Assembly (NCBI RefSeq): GCF_964355755.1 | Contig: NC_092676.1 | Span: 6,859,888 to 6,923,887, forward strand | Direction of reading: 5' to 3' | DNA length: 64,000 bases | Origin: Antedon mediterranea | Lineage: Eukaryota; Animalia; Echinodermata | Shown: positions 52,401-64,000 of the stretch, piece by piece | Position numbering within the stretch: position 1 is the first letter of the stretch | Layout: every line of letters starts with the position of its first letter | The notes under the pieces: model-generated | The model's database searches: none | The model's input: only the letters and a program-made list of their open reading frames with translations | What the model was told of the DNA's origin: nothing | Program-made: the position numbers and the translations under genes

Positions 52401-53524
52401 GTCAGATCTTAAATTTGAGGATATTTTGTAAACAAATCCTAGTTTAAAAGCCAATTCAACCAAATTACTATCTTCGGCTTTTAAATCATTCTTTTCGATT
52501 GTAAGTTGATTTGTTTTTAGATTTCTAAACATACATTTTCCTAATAAAACCATAGCATGTACATAGTTTTCTGGAATATTTTCAAATTTTAAAATCTTTT
52601 TCTGGTTTCCATGCTTTCGGTTGTAATGATTCAAATTGCAGCGAAATATTTCTTTAAAAAGGTCAACGTTATTAGAAGGAAGGCTTTGTTTATCTTCCCA
52701 AATAATACAAATTGAGAGTAGAAACATAGGATTTTTGCACAAATCATATGCATATGGATATTTACGTTGTATCATAGATACATCCGTGTCAACTTGTAAT
52801 TCCTGTTTAAGTTTAATTCCCAATTCATGTTTTCTAAAATGCTGAAAATGGTTCTCAATATACGTCCCAATGCTATCTCTGTTAAATCCTTTTACTCTTA
52901 CATGTATATTACAGTCTTTTACGAATTCATCTATATTTTCTGATCGTGAAGTAAGTAACACAACACTCCTACCTAATGTTGTCCCTTTAAACATATTTAT
53001 CAAGCAATCATTCTTAAAACGTAGTTCATCTAACCCATCTAATAACAGCACAATTGTTTCGTCATATTTCTTTATAAATTGTTTAATCAGTTTTGGATTG
53101 TTTTTTAGACCTGTACCTAAATTGAAATCTTCCATGTCAAATTGTTTCTCAATAAGATCAAAGATGCTGTTACCTTTTTTCAAATCTCTCACGTAAAGTA
53201 CAAAAACAAGTTTACCTTTAAAAGCAATTGGTTTCTTATCAGTTGTTTTGTATGCCAAATACCTTAGTAGAGTTGTTTTTCCAATGCCAGCCTTGCCTTC
53301 TATAAGAACTCTACATCCAGGTGTGTTTTCTATAGCAGTTAATAATTCTGGTAACGTTGTTAGCATGTTGTCTCTTGTCTTATTATTTTCTTTAAGGAGG
53401 TCCAACTCGGTGAAGATGTTAATGTCGAGAGTGTCTCTGCTATTCATGATTGATGGTGTGAATTTTTCATTCTCCTTCCGACACAGTATATTTTGTCTTG
53501 CACGCAGGTACTTTTCTATTTTTT
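46464..53524 (-). CDS. NLR-B NACHT + RI-type LRR exon, truncated by transposon
   Basis: 2327-aa ORF; GKAGIGKTT, LLLDGLDE, LLTSR, LCKNPMFL, THKSILE; ~31 57-aa units; phase-1 acceptor tttatttatag|AA at 53524. Confidence 0.93.
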
Positions 53525-53851
53525 CTATAAATAAAGCGTTATGGTTAGGAGTAGCAAGTTATATTTTGATCAGATTATGCTTTCATGGTTATTGGCGTTA
53601 TAATCATCCAATCACCATGATCCAATATCATGTTTGGAAATGTCATGTCTGTGGAAACGTATCTTGTATTCCAGTTGATGGTAAAATTTAATAAAATAAA
53701 ATAGTTTATATAGGATATTAGAATTCCACGTATAATATTAATTATTATAATTATAATATTTATAATTTAAAATTATAAATATTATAATTATTAATGTAAG
53801 TAGTAGTAGTAAATTTTACTTGATTAACAAAAATACAACTGGTATACATAC

Positions 53852-53896
53852 CGTCATTAGAATCCCGTGGATGTGTTGCTCGATTAGCTGGAACAT
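53852..53896 (-). CDS. NLR-B linker micro-exon (45 nt, phase 1-1; DVPANRATHPRDSND)
   Basis: ttttctttaaag|AT...GACG|gtatgt; open, frame-preserving. Confidence 0.7.
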
Positions 53897-54719
53897 CTTT
53901 AAAGAAAATAAGTACTGATATTAAGACTTTCATGTCATGTTTGTGTCTTTATGTATCATTCCTGGTATTACATTATGTTTAAGATTATTTTTTTTTCTAT
54001 TCCTTACATTTCTACCACCAACATCTTCAAGTATGGATAGGCTCTCTTATGATTCCCGCTTTACTCACGTTGGTCGTTTATTGTCATGATGCCTAATCAA
54101 TAATTTGGAAATACTTTCAATTGCACAATCTCGCACATCCGGAACTGCATTTTATACATGTTGAAATACCTTGGATTTTGTATCTCTAATCAGATGTTCA
54201 GCAACCATTGTTTGTAATTGGCGGGAAATTAAACGAACGTCTTGTTTCCTTTTAATTTCCAGGCCTAACTTCTTTTCATGTCAATCAAAAACAGTTTAAC
54301 CACTTTTTTATATTTCTTTCCATCGCTTTGATGCAATACAATATATTTCTAAATAATTTAAAACTCTTATCTTACTTCAGTATTGCACTTAAGTCATTTT
54401 TTTAAACACAAAATCCGCTTGACACATTCAAGTAACATATTACATGGTGGCCAGTAACTGTCTAGCAGGATACAAACCAGAATTTATTTTTTTTTTTTTA
54501 ATTTAAAAAGAAATAGAAAAGGAACTTATGGCTTGAAATAAGTTTGATTTTTAAAGTTACCCTGGATCCAACTGGATCGAATGCTCCGTCTGTAGAAAAT
54601 AAGGTAATTTACTAAAACTTGAATGGGTGAATCAATAACATTAGAACAATACTCAGTAAACTCATGACATATTTAGAGGTACACGAGATCAAATAATTAT
54701 AAATGTAATATTCAAGAAA

Positions 54720-55345
54720 CGAAGAGAACAAAATCGAGATGGAGCTCTCTGTTTCATAGACTACAAGAAGGCATTTAAAACAGTTATTCACGGTGTTTTA
54801 TAAAACTCATTTCCATGTATGGGTTTTCCGAGTCATTGTACTCTGCAAAGATGGCAGCGGTAAGCGATGATTTGACAAAATGGTTAGATTAGACAAGGAG
54901 TAAGGCTGCATGGTGTATTATTCCATCGTATAAATCGGTATGCAGAAATAGTAATGAGGTAAACGTTAGTGTCAAACTTTTAGGCCGGGTCATGAAGAAC
55001 TTCCACTTTGTAGATGACGTCATATTAGCAGAAACACAAGATGAACTAGAAAATCTTGTGGAAAGAGTCAGCATTGAAAGTGAGAAGGCTGGATTATGTT
55101 TTAATCTTACAAAAGCAAAAGCGATTCTGAACAAAATCATATAACCAATTTCAACCATCCTTAAACGACAAATTCAACTATCTCTGTGTCAATATAAAAT
55201 TCAATGGCACACAAGAAACTAGAAGAAGAATCACTATGGCAAGGGAAAGTACTTCTCTTACAATGATTTGTGCACAGGTTAAACTGCTGAAGACTTTGTA
55301 TTCCCGATTGCAACGTATGGAACAGAATGTTAGAGCATGAAACAA
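54720..55345 (+). mobile_element. Degenerate RTE-clade LINE reverse transcriptase fragment
   Basis: LCFIDYKKAF, GVR, NFHFVDD, VFPIATYGTEC remnants with frameshifts; piece also at ~25465-25560 in NLR-A intron. Confidence 0.7.
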
Positions 55346-55904
55346 ACGTAGTATCAAAAGAAATCTTCAGTTATAATTACAAAAGCTTCAAGATTGTTCT
55401 GAAAGATTGGTATCATGGGTACTCGTACTAATCCAGTTTTGAAATAATTGCATTAGTTGTCAGTTGAGCAAACTGTAAAGTTCAACATTTGAAGTTCAGG
55501 GGCCGGATTTATGAAACTTGCTTAGCAAAAAAAATCGTCTTAACTTTGCCTTAAATCCTTGATTGTGCTTAAGTCGAATTTATCAATAATACTTAGCAAA
55601 TATATTTCTTGCTTTATAGTGAACAATTTCGTCTTATCTATGCAACAGAAAAATAATGTTTTGACAACGCGAGCGCGCTGGGCCAGAACATCGAACGTTC
55701 GGTATCGTGGACACTAAAATAATGATATTGATCTTCAGTAAGATGGCCTAGAAATTGGGCAAGCAAAACTATTATATCGGGATAGGTACGACTCATTCGA
55801 CTAACCAGCAGTGAGTTACTTTTAGAAAAGTGTATTTGATAAAAATGTTGATTTGATTTAAGTTTAGAGCGAATTATTTGCGGATATATTTCCATGGAGG
55901 AAAT

Positions 55905-56390
55905 AGGGAGTTTTCGCAATCTTACAAATACGATAACGAAAACGGAAAACGTATTCGTTTTTCGTAAGCCAGTAAAAATCTGTTTCGCATGGCAACAAAA
56001 AATTGAGGGCACCGTTCAAAATATAACTGGTGGTAAATTTGAGCAAAGCGCAGGTGCTTGGTGCTTGGCTGCCTAGGCCTGGCGTAACATCAAAGCGAGT
56101 GAGAACTTTAAAAACTGCTATTTTTCTAAATTGACCTGGAATTGTAGTAAATTACTTTAGTAAATTACTTTCAATAAAAGTATAATTATATTATAATCAT
56201 GAATCATTCCTGATTCAAATGCAAAATAGATCAAACACTATACTCGTTTTGTAGTCACGAATTATGACTGGTGATATTCGTCAACACGAATACGCTTTAC
56301 GAATATGAAATGGGGATCAGCTCAACAGTTTCACAAATGTGTGACGTATCCGTTTTCGTTATCGTATTCGTAAGGTTGCGAAAACTCCCT
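55905..56390. mobile_element. 486-bp MITE, 3-bp TSD AAT
   Basis: agggagttttcgcaa...ttgcgaaaactccct; AAT at 55902-55904 and 56391-56393. Confidence 0.85.
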
Positions 56391-56579
56391 AATATATGGT
56401 ATTTCCGACTTTTGTGCTCTTTCTCTTTTTCAAGTAATACAAGCATGCAAGACAATGTTTAAAATAAGACGGTTTGCAAATTAATAATAACGATAAATGC
56501 CAACCCTGGTTTTTATACAGTAATTTTGTATATATTGTGTTATATTGCGCCGGTCTGTATGTGTGAATTATTAAGCAAT

Positions 56580-57076
56580 AGGGAGGTTTCGCAACCTTAC
56601 GAATACGTTAACAAAAACGGATACGTCACACATTTGTGAAACTTTTGAGCTGATCCCCATTTCATATTCGTAAAGCGTATTCGTGTTTACGAATATCACC
56701 AGTTATATTCGTAACTTCAAAACGATTATAGTTTTTGATCTATTTTGCACTTTTGCATTTAAATCAAGAATGATCCTTGATTATAATATAATTATAGATT
56801 TATTGAAAGTAATTTACTAAAATGCTAGGTCAATTTTGATAAATAACAGTTTTTAAAGTCCTCACTCGCTTTGATTTACGCCAGGCCTAGGCAGCCAAGC
56901 ACCAAGCAACACGTACCTGTGCTTCGCTCAAATTTACCGCAGTCATATTTTGGACGGCGCCCCCTCAATATTTCGTTTCCATGCGAAACAGATTTTTTAC
57001 TGGCTTACGAAAACGAATACGTATGCGTGACGTATCCGTTTTCGTTATCGCATTCGTAAGATTGCGAAAACTCTCT
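56580..57076. mobile_element. Second copy of the same MITE, inverted
   Basis: Internal sequence is the reverse complement of 55905-56390; TSD imperfect. Confidence 0.8.
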
Positions 57077-57370
57077 ATAACATGGTGTTACAAAAAATAA
57101 TGCTCTTCGTGTTCACAAATCATCAATTGAACATATACATTTTCAACATTTGATTCGAAATTGTGGAATAACTCACTAAAACAAAACGAACCACCATCAG
57201 TGGCAAATTAAAACAAAATCTTAAAAATACACTAAAAACAAAAATCACAGGATAATCGGTTCTTATAATAAGCGCTTTGTAAAGTGATAATGTTATAATA
57301 TCTCAAAATACATTTTTAATTATATTGTGGCGTTTAGTAACCATTTATCAACAATAAACAGTATACATAC

Positions 57371-57415
57371 CGTCATAACTACCCTGATTAGGTAACGTTG
57401 AACTATCATAAAAAT
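57371..57415 (-). CDS. NLR-B linker micro-exon (45 nt, phase 1-1; DFYDSSTLPNQGSYD)
   Basis: ttttttttttacag|AT...GACG|gtatgtatac; same length and 3' end as 53852-53896. Confidence 0.72.
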
Positions 57416-57714
57416 CTGTAAAAAAAAATCCAAAAAACATTTATTTAAAATGTATTAAATACCAATCGACCAATTAGTAGATTCGTAAACGGTAAATACT
57501 GAACTTATTTAAAAAATGTAAAACAGAATGGCCAAATAAAATAGCCGATACAGTTCTTAAAAATGTCCAATTTTAGTATTTACTGTATTTGTTTCACTGG
57601 TTTTATGTACGACTGAGATTGCTTCAATTTACTCTAAATAATGGCAGAACCAGTTTAAGACGATTTAATTAACTATTCTGACGTTACAATGGAATCAAGA
57701 AAAATAATATTTAC

Positions 57715-58228
57715 CGGTACTTAGGCCCAGTACTTTCTGGGCTCGTTTCCCAAGAAGACTTGCAAACTCATTTAACTGGTCTGGTAAAATGCTTTCCTTC
57801 TCCAAATGAAATATTACATCCCAGAGACGTGTATAAGTAAACTTTTTAAGTTCATAATTTGCAGTAACTCTCTTTAATGCAGCAGGAGATTCAGATTGTC
57901 TAACAGCATTAAAGAGTCGTTTTCGGTCTGACGACAATTTATTTTCCTCGGTATTTGTAATATTGTTATCTTTCATGTACTGAGTTACAAGACGTTCAGC
58001 TTCTTTCGGACCTGTTAGTGTTGTGATATCTAACAAAATTTTGACATCATTATCTGAGATAACACCACGGTCACCAAGTGTATTGAATAAATCATGTCCA
58101 ATGAAAGTTTTATCTGTAAGGTTTTCTAGTGGTAAAATATCAAATAAGCAAAATTTCAGCAACTTGTAGTCTTCACCTTCATAATGCTTACTGAGTTCAG
58201 CTTTCAACTTTCTAAACTTGTCTGACAT
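57715..58228 (-). CDS. NLR-B first coding exon: tandem DED-like module
   Basis: MSDKFRKLKAELSKHYEGEDYKLLKFCLFD...HDLFNTL...ISDNDVKILLDI; paralog of 31117-31645; acceptor tttttgcag at 58242, phase-1 donor ACCG|gtaaat. Confidence 0.8.
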
Positions 58229-59849
58229 TTTGTTCGTGTGTCTGCAAAAACAAACGTTTACAAATGTATTTCTGCTCAACATGACAACTGAAGGTAGTCA
58301 CCATGATATGCATTGTTATTCTTATTTTTGTTTGATTGATTGATTACTTTATTTCAGAATAACATTCCATATAAACAAAACAACATACAAAATGAGTGTT
58401 GTTATTATTGCAGATTACTCGCTGCTAGCGGGTGCACGAGTCTGGGTAGGCCTATATTATTTTTTTTTCGTTATTACTAATAATAGGCCTGTAAAATTGT
58501 TGTGAAGTGATGTAATACAATTGATCTAGAACTTGCTTGCTTACTTTGTAATATAAACACAAATAGCAAGAATGCAACGACTGAGGTACACATCAAATAC
58601 TATATAGTTTACTACTGTTATAGCAAATTACAATGATCAATACCGAATCGTCCAGCCACCGTTTAGTTATAGTAATAAGGGATAAATAGTTCAAAATATT
58701 CAAAGATTATTATCAGATACAGAAATTTAGTTATTCTAATCAGAGCATTAAAATAAATTAAAGTATTTTAGTATTCCTTATCATTATAAATTACCAAAAA
58801 ATGTATGTTTTGGATACGTTTCCTATTTAAGCAGGTCAACATTATAATATTAGCCGATGATTGCAACTGAAATTTACGATATTTCGTTTTCATAATATTG
58901 TAATTAGAATATTTGATATAATCTAAAATGTATTGGACAATTCAATTCAAAATCAAATCAAATAATCGCCTACTGGTTTTAAAATGTTGGAAGAATAAAA
59001 ATAAAAACATGATAAATTCATAAGTTTGAAATTAAAATCATGAGTCACTATTTGAATCTGAAACATGTAAGAATTAGTCTGATTCAGTGATTAACGCCAT
59101 TTACGTATATGTGTAAATAAGTAAAAACATATTTGCTTTATGTTATATCTTCGGATTTGAAAAGTTGGACAGTTTTTCAATTTTATTTTGTAGAGTGTGA
59201 TCTCATGATGCGTCCCACTAAACCCTACTCCTGAGCTTGGTGTTTGCATTTCTTAGTGTAGCCTGTCTACAAGCCCTATTTTTATTCAACCATGAGAATT
59301 TTAAACTTTCTTAGATTAATAACTCACTCTAGGAATATCAACAAGTGTATTTGTTATTATATTGGCCTAAATACGAATAAACCACGCTTATGATAAGCTT
59401 GCTTGTAGTGTTTATGTAAAGCCAAATAAAGTTTATTCTGTCTGTGGTTGAAGTACTGTTTTCTCTAATAAAATAATCACCAATATGAAATTAGTGTTCC
59501 CTCTTTAATAAAATATTAACAAATATAAAGTTGGTGACGTGACAACAAAAGAAAGACAACAAAATGACGTACTAGGCCATTATATAAACATCACAGGCAC
59601 AGAACAAATTCTGAGTACTGAAAATGAAAGAATTAATTTAAAACGATAAAGATGAGGAAATGTAATATTGAGATTCGAACCTTAACCCGGAACCTTCTGT
59701 TTGACATGCATTATATAACTGGGGTTTTCGTAGTATTCAAATGTAATTGGATAACAACTCGTCAACAAAATTATGTTTTCCGAGTCTTCATAAGCCAAAT
59801 TTTCATTTCTGATGTGTTTTTTAGGGGTTGTTGACCAATTCATTTTGCG

Positions 59850-60310
59850 TAATTGACGTAATAAAAAAAACTATCCACTTGGGCAAAGTTGGTAATTTTT
59901 ACTTTCTAGGGAGTCAATCAATCTGTGCGCATGCGCCTGCTTTTGGTTTTCCTCCTCCTCCTCTCTCATTCGAGTCGCTCTTCGATCCTCACGAAAATAC
60001 TGTACTGACATGGTTCTTCGTTTGAACCAGAAGCTAGGCTAATTGAATCGTCACTACCTGCCAAAGATGTAAATCAGACTCGGCCTAGGTAGACCTAGGC
60101 TTCAGCAGCGACGCTACGAATAGAGATCGGACTCACTTGATTGGTGTCGTTTAAAGATGGTCAACTAAATTAAATTAAATAGGGTTTGTTCGATCGGGAT
60201 GTAGAGAGTGCGTCTCGCCAAGCTGCGGCAGCTCTCGTTCGAGTATGCAGCAGCAGCGCACGCGAGAGAAGGGAGAGAAGACGTGACGTAACATAACTGC
60301 CACCTAACTG
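59850..60310. promoter_or_regulatory. GC/CpG-enriched island with promoter-like motifs
   Basis: TGCGCATGCGC (NRF1-like, ~59926), ATTGG (~60140), TGACGTAA (~59854, ~60285); may instead be a TE interior. Confidence 0.3.
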
Positions 60311-61721
60311 CTTAACAAATAATTTAATTATTTAGTTTAGTATTTTTCTGGTTTCTCAGAAACTGCTTGTTTCTATATATAAATTATGGTTAATTAAGAC
60401 ATAGGCGAGCACAATGGAAAAACTTCGGTACTAATCTCCGCCTTATCTATCTCAGATGTACTGCGAAACGTAGATTTGATAACATTAGTTTCCACTATTA
60501 CGATATTGTTCCATATTTCTATCTTAGGAAGATATTATAAAGGGTTTTCTGATTTCAATCGGTAAATTTTAACTCTACGCGCGGTAAGTAATTTCCGGGT
60601 TCACGGTAAGGTGTGTCAAACACCTTGCAAGTTCCCTGCATGGTTGGTTTCAACCAGGGAGTTGTAAAACAACTCTCTGTTTCAACGTTGGCGTTCAACG
60701 TTCAACGTTTTTTGTTTATTTTCGGACCGCGCGTGTGAAGGTATAGTACTGTAGTACATAAAGATCAAATTAAATATATTCATAAAACATAGGAGTAAAT
60801 TGTGGGAAATAATTATATAAAAAAAAGAGTAAGCTGCCAGGACTTTATGTATACTATGCATGCGCTATCTGTGTCCCGTCAGGATCGACCCTGGTATACT
60901 TCTGCCCATGTTGCAAGCCGTCTAAAACGTCTTTCTTCTTAGGCCAAAACGGCTCACTGTGTCGTGGAATAATGTATTAATTATACCAATTAGGATAGTA
61001 TTTATTTGAATAAACGCCCGGAACACCTCCCCAATAAAACATCAATTAAAATAATTATCGCCACCACCAACCCCCCACCCCCTCCCTCCCATCCAAATAC
61101 CATCTAATTAACGCCCATCCACATTTATACACACAATATTATATTATATTTATAACACAATTATACTATTTTTGAGTAGATTTCATCGAACTGTTATCTA
61201 GGCCTACAATTTACCAAGCATTTGTTATTCTTTTTTACCACTTTTCATATATACAATAAACACTATACGTAAAACGCTATTAATCATCTAAGACACTGTG
61301 AAACAGGTTAGTGAGTAGGTTTAGTTTTACGAATATCAAAAGCATTTAAATAATGGTAACCGATCGAAATCGTCCAGGCCAGAATGTCCTTCTAAAACTT
61401 TTTACCCGAGTCATCATTCCGAGAACCATCGTCTACACTTCCTAGAAGGGGAGCGACCGAAGCGAGCTCACCCTCTAGTTTATATGATTTGTTTTGTTTG
61501 TACCCCTACTAATATCAATATACGGTACTGACGTAAATAACAGAAAGAAAAGCCCTGAGTACACCTCCTCTTCAAACCTTAAAATATGCGTTATTTACTA
61601 GAAAAGAAGTTTTTTATGTTATACACTCGAGCCTTGAAAAATTTCAGATATAGGGCTAATAGAAAGAAAACTTGGTAAAAACAAAGAACTGTTTTAAGCA
61701 GAATTTTCTAATGCTACTAAC

Positions 61722-61925
61722 CTTATACAGTTGAAGATATGTAGAATAACTTAAGTATCAGTGTCTCTTAGCTTGCAATTGTGTCAAGACCTCACTCTCA
61801 GAGTGGGATAAACGATCTTCGCATATTTGCCATTGCTGAATATCGTAACTGAGTGGCGTTGACAGTTTTAAATCACTGCTCCTAACTTTATCAAACCCGT
61901 GATTCTGAATACAAATACAGTCGTT
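61722..61925 (-). other. Putative non-coding exon 1 of NLR-B
   Basis: ctaacct...atgtagaataac...ttagcttgc...aatacaaatac blocks shared with 36803-37015 and 1997-2210; AG|GTTAGT donor. Confidence 0.5.
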
Positions 61926-62128
61926 GCGAAATCGTAGCAAACATACGTGGGCAAAACAAACAATTTATTAGATAAAATAAGATTACTAACTTTTAATATA
62001 CTTATCTCATGTCGCAAATTCCCAAAAGTAAATGTTAAATTTAAACTGTTTTTAGTGCAAACAATACATTACAGGGAGTCAATATTTGCCCTTCGATTTC
62101 CCTAACATTTACATGCCAACTATACTAA

Positions 62129-62596
62129 GGCTCTGTCTACACTATTAAATTATGTAAAAAAAAGGTGTGATATGTCCGAATAATGATAGTGATGTGCCCA
62201 AATATGGTAGTGATATGACATCATTATGTCCATATATGGGCACTTTACATGTTTTGTCACATAAAGATGAAAGATATAGAAAAAGTGCAATACCATACCA
62301 GCCTTATCTCGCTTCTAAATGAATAATTATTATGTATCACCCAATATTTCAGCGCAATACAGTTCTTTGTTTCCCTTTATTCACTATTTTTAATGTCTGT
62401 GTTAGCCTTATTGGTCCTTTTGGGTGTTTTTTGGTGTTTTACATTTTAAACTTAACTTTTATAATGTTCCTGTATAGTATTTCTTGTGTCAATATTAATA
62501 ATTATTATAAATATATTATGCGATTACGATATTGAAATAAATGAAAAAAAAATTGTAAAAATTTAAAAAATAAAGATTGATATTGTAGACACAGCT
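62129..62596. mobile_element. Harbinger-type MITE
   Basis: ggctctgtctacacta / tattgtagacacagct imperfect TIR; TAA on both sides. Confidence 0.6.
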
Positions 62597-64000
62597 TAAG
62601 ACGATAACAATTGAATTTACAGATACATTTTCCTACATAAAACAAAATAATTATACGATAACCATTATACAGTCTTTGATGAAAATAATATGTTCAGAAG
62701 TTTAATCAAATGATATCCTAATTAGTAAGAGCAATGATATCGTGCCGCTACAATGATGTTTTGTTCAAATGCCTTGGGTTGGGTATTAGGTCTTCGTTTT
62801 ACCTAAAAAACATTTATAGACACAAAAACGATGATCAACACCAATCCCTAAAAAAATATATTTAATACACTGAGAGAACATTGTTCAACTTAGCATTTTA
62901 ATCCCAATTCACTGTTTGATCGTCGGTGATATGGTGAACAAAGTTGGCTGTTTTCAATATGCTTACTGAGTGTCGGTACAAGCAAGTATAATGAACTACT
63001 GAACTAAACGTGAAGCGTGAATAACACTAGATTACATTTTAACCATCTCTAATGTCATTTTATTGAAAATTATATGTTTAAAATAAAAATGTTGTCTTTC
63101 TTTTAATATTGTCCTTCTTTATTAGTTTAAAAAAGTATGTATGTTCCTTAACGAATAAACACGGTTAACAAAAAATTTAATAAGATTAGGCTACATACAA
63201 AGCAAAAATATTTCTCTAACTATCTAAAAATGAAACTACTTTCTTTGTCCAAAACAGACATTTTGATCTATCCCAAAAAGTTTATAGTTTCTGAAGTTTT
63301 GACAAAAACGAAAAATTAAAAAAATAAAATTAATAACATAATATATATTAACATTTAATTTCATGGTCATTGTATGTTTTATTAGCGGTAAGATAGTGTT
63401 CAATTTATTGTGTGTCATCAATTTAGATACTTTCACGTTCAATACAGAAGCAGATATAATGTGGTGAGCAAAGAAACCCTGTATTCTGTTTTATTGTGTG
63501 TTTATGTTTCACTTAAGACATTCCACCATTGATAGGCGTCACCATAAAATGGTTGTAAGATCATACAATTAAAAATACGCATGACAATTACACAGAAATA
63601 ATGCTATGAAAATTAGTTTTAAAAAGATTATTTTCTTGTACTGTTTTCTATGCAAATGAAATTTCTTAAAATTAAATGAAATGAGATAGTTTACATTTAG
63701 GATGGCGGAACTCAAAACAGTGATGACTCAAAACAGTGATGACTCATAATCTAAACTAAGCGTGTTGGTTGAAAATAGTAAATATTACTAATATTAATTT
63801 ATCAAACTAGGCCTACTAGGCTTACTTATTTATGTTTGCAGTATTTCAACCACCACCATATTACCACCACAATTTCATATCAGCACTTTATAAGCTATAG
63901 TTATTGTTATTGAAACATATTGAAATCCAGAATATATTTTTGTCATACATTAATAATAACATTATTTGGAATGATGCTTTTGCAACAGCGGCACAAACCT

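Noticed and set aside
54561-54589. Candidate NLR-B micro-exon ttttctacag|AC...AGG|gtaac
   Set aside because: Good splice signals but 29 nt, so it would shift frame; possibly a decayed or poison exon, not annotated as CDS.
57695-58282. DED ORFs as stand-alone FADD-like genes (also 31067-31645)
   Set aside because: Paralog similarity ends at phase-1 GT donors compatible with the downstream micro-exons and NACHT exon.

Overview
AT-rich invertebrate animal genomic DNA (spliceosomal introns, LINE/SINE/MITE/Helentron relics; an echinoderm-like deuterostome is a guess). The window holds a tandem cluster of minus-strand NOD-like receptor genes. Each has a putative non-coding exon 1, a tandem-DED-like exon, several 45/54-nt phase-1 linker micro-exons, and one giant exon encoding NACHT plus a very long ribonuclease-inhibitor-type LRR array built from a 171-bp (57-aa) coding minisatellite. 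NLR-A (CDS 31645->11845, ~4,035 aa if all micro-exons are used) has an open 11.4-kb exon with ~57 double-LRR units arranged in higher-order repeats. NLR-B (58228->46464, ~2,554 aa) is cut short by a 974-bp transposon with a 9-bp TSD whose terminal TAG supplies the stop. 1-11.5 kb and 34.8-43.7 kb are near-identical duplicates although the two coding regions are clearly diverged. This suggests unequal crossing-over, a chimeric NLR-A and a third paralog just left of the window. The intergenic DNA also carries a foldback transposon, a hairpin satellite and an orphan cathepsin-L exon. All alignments, identities and repeat counts were made by eye; no search was run.
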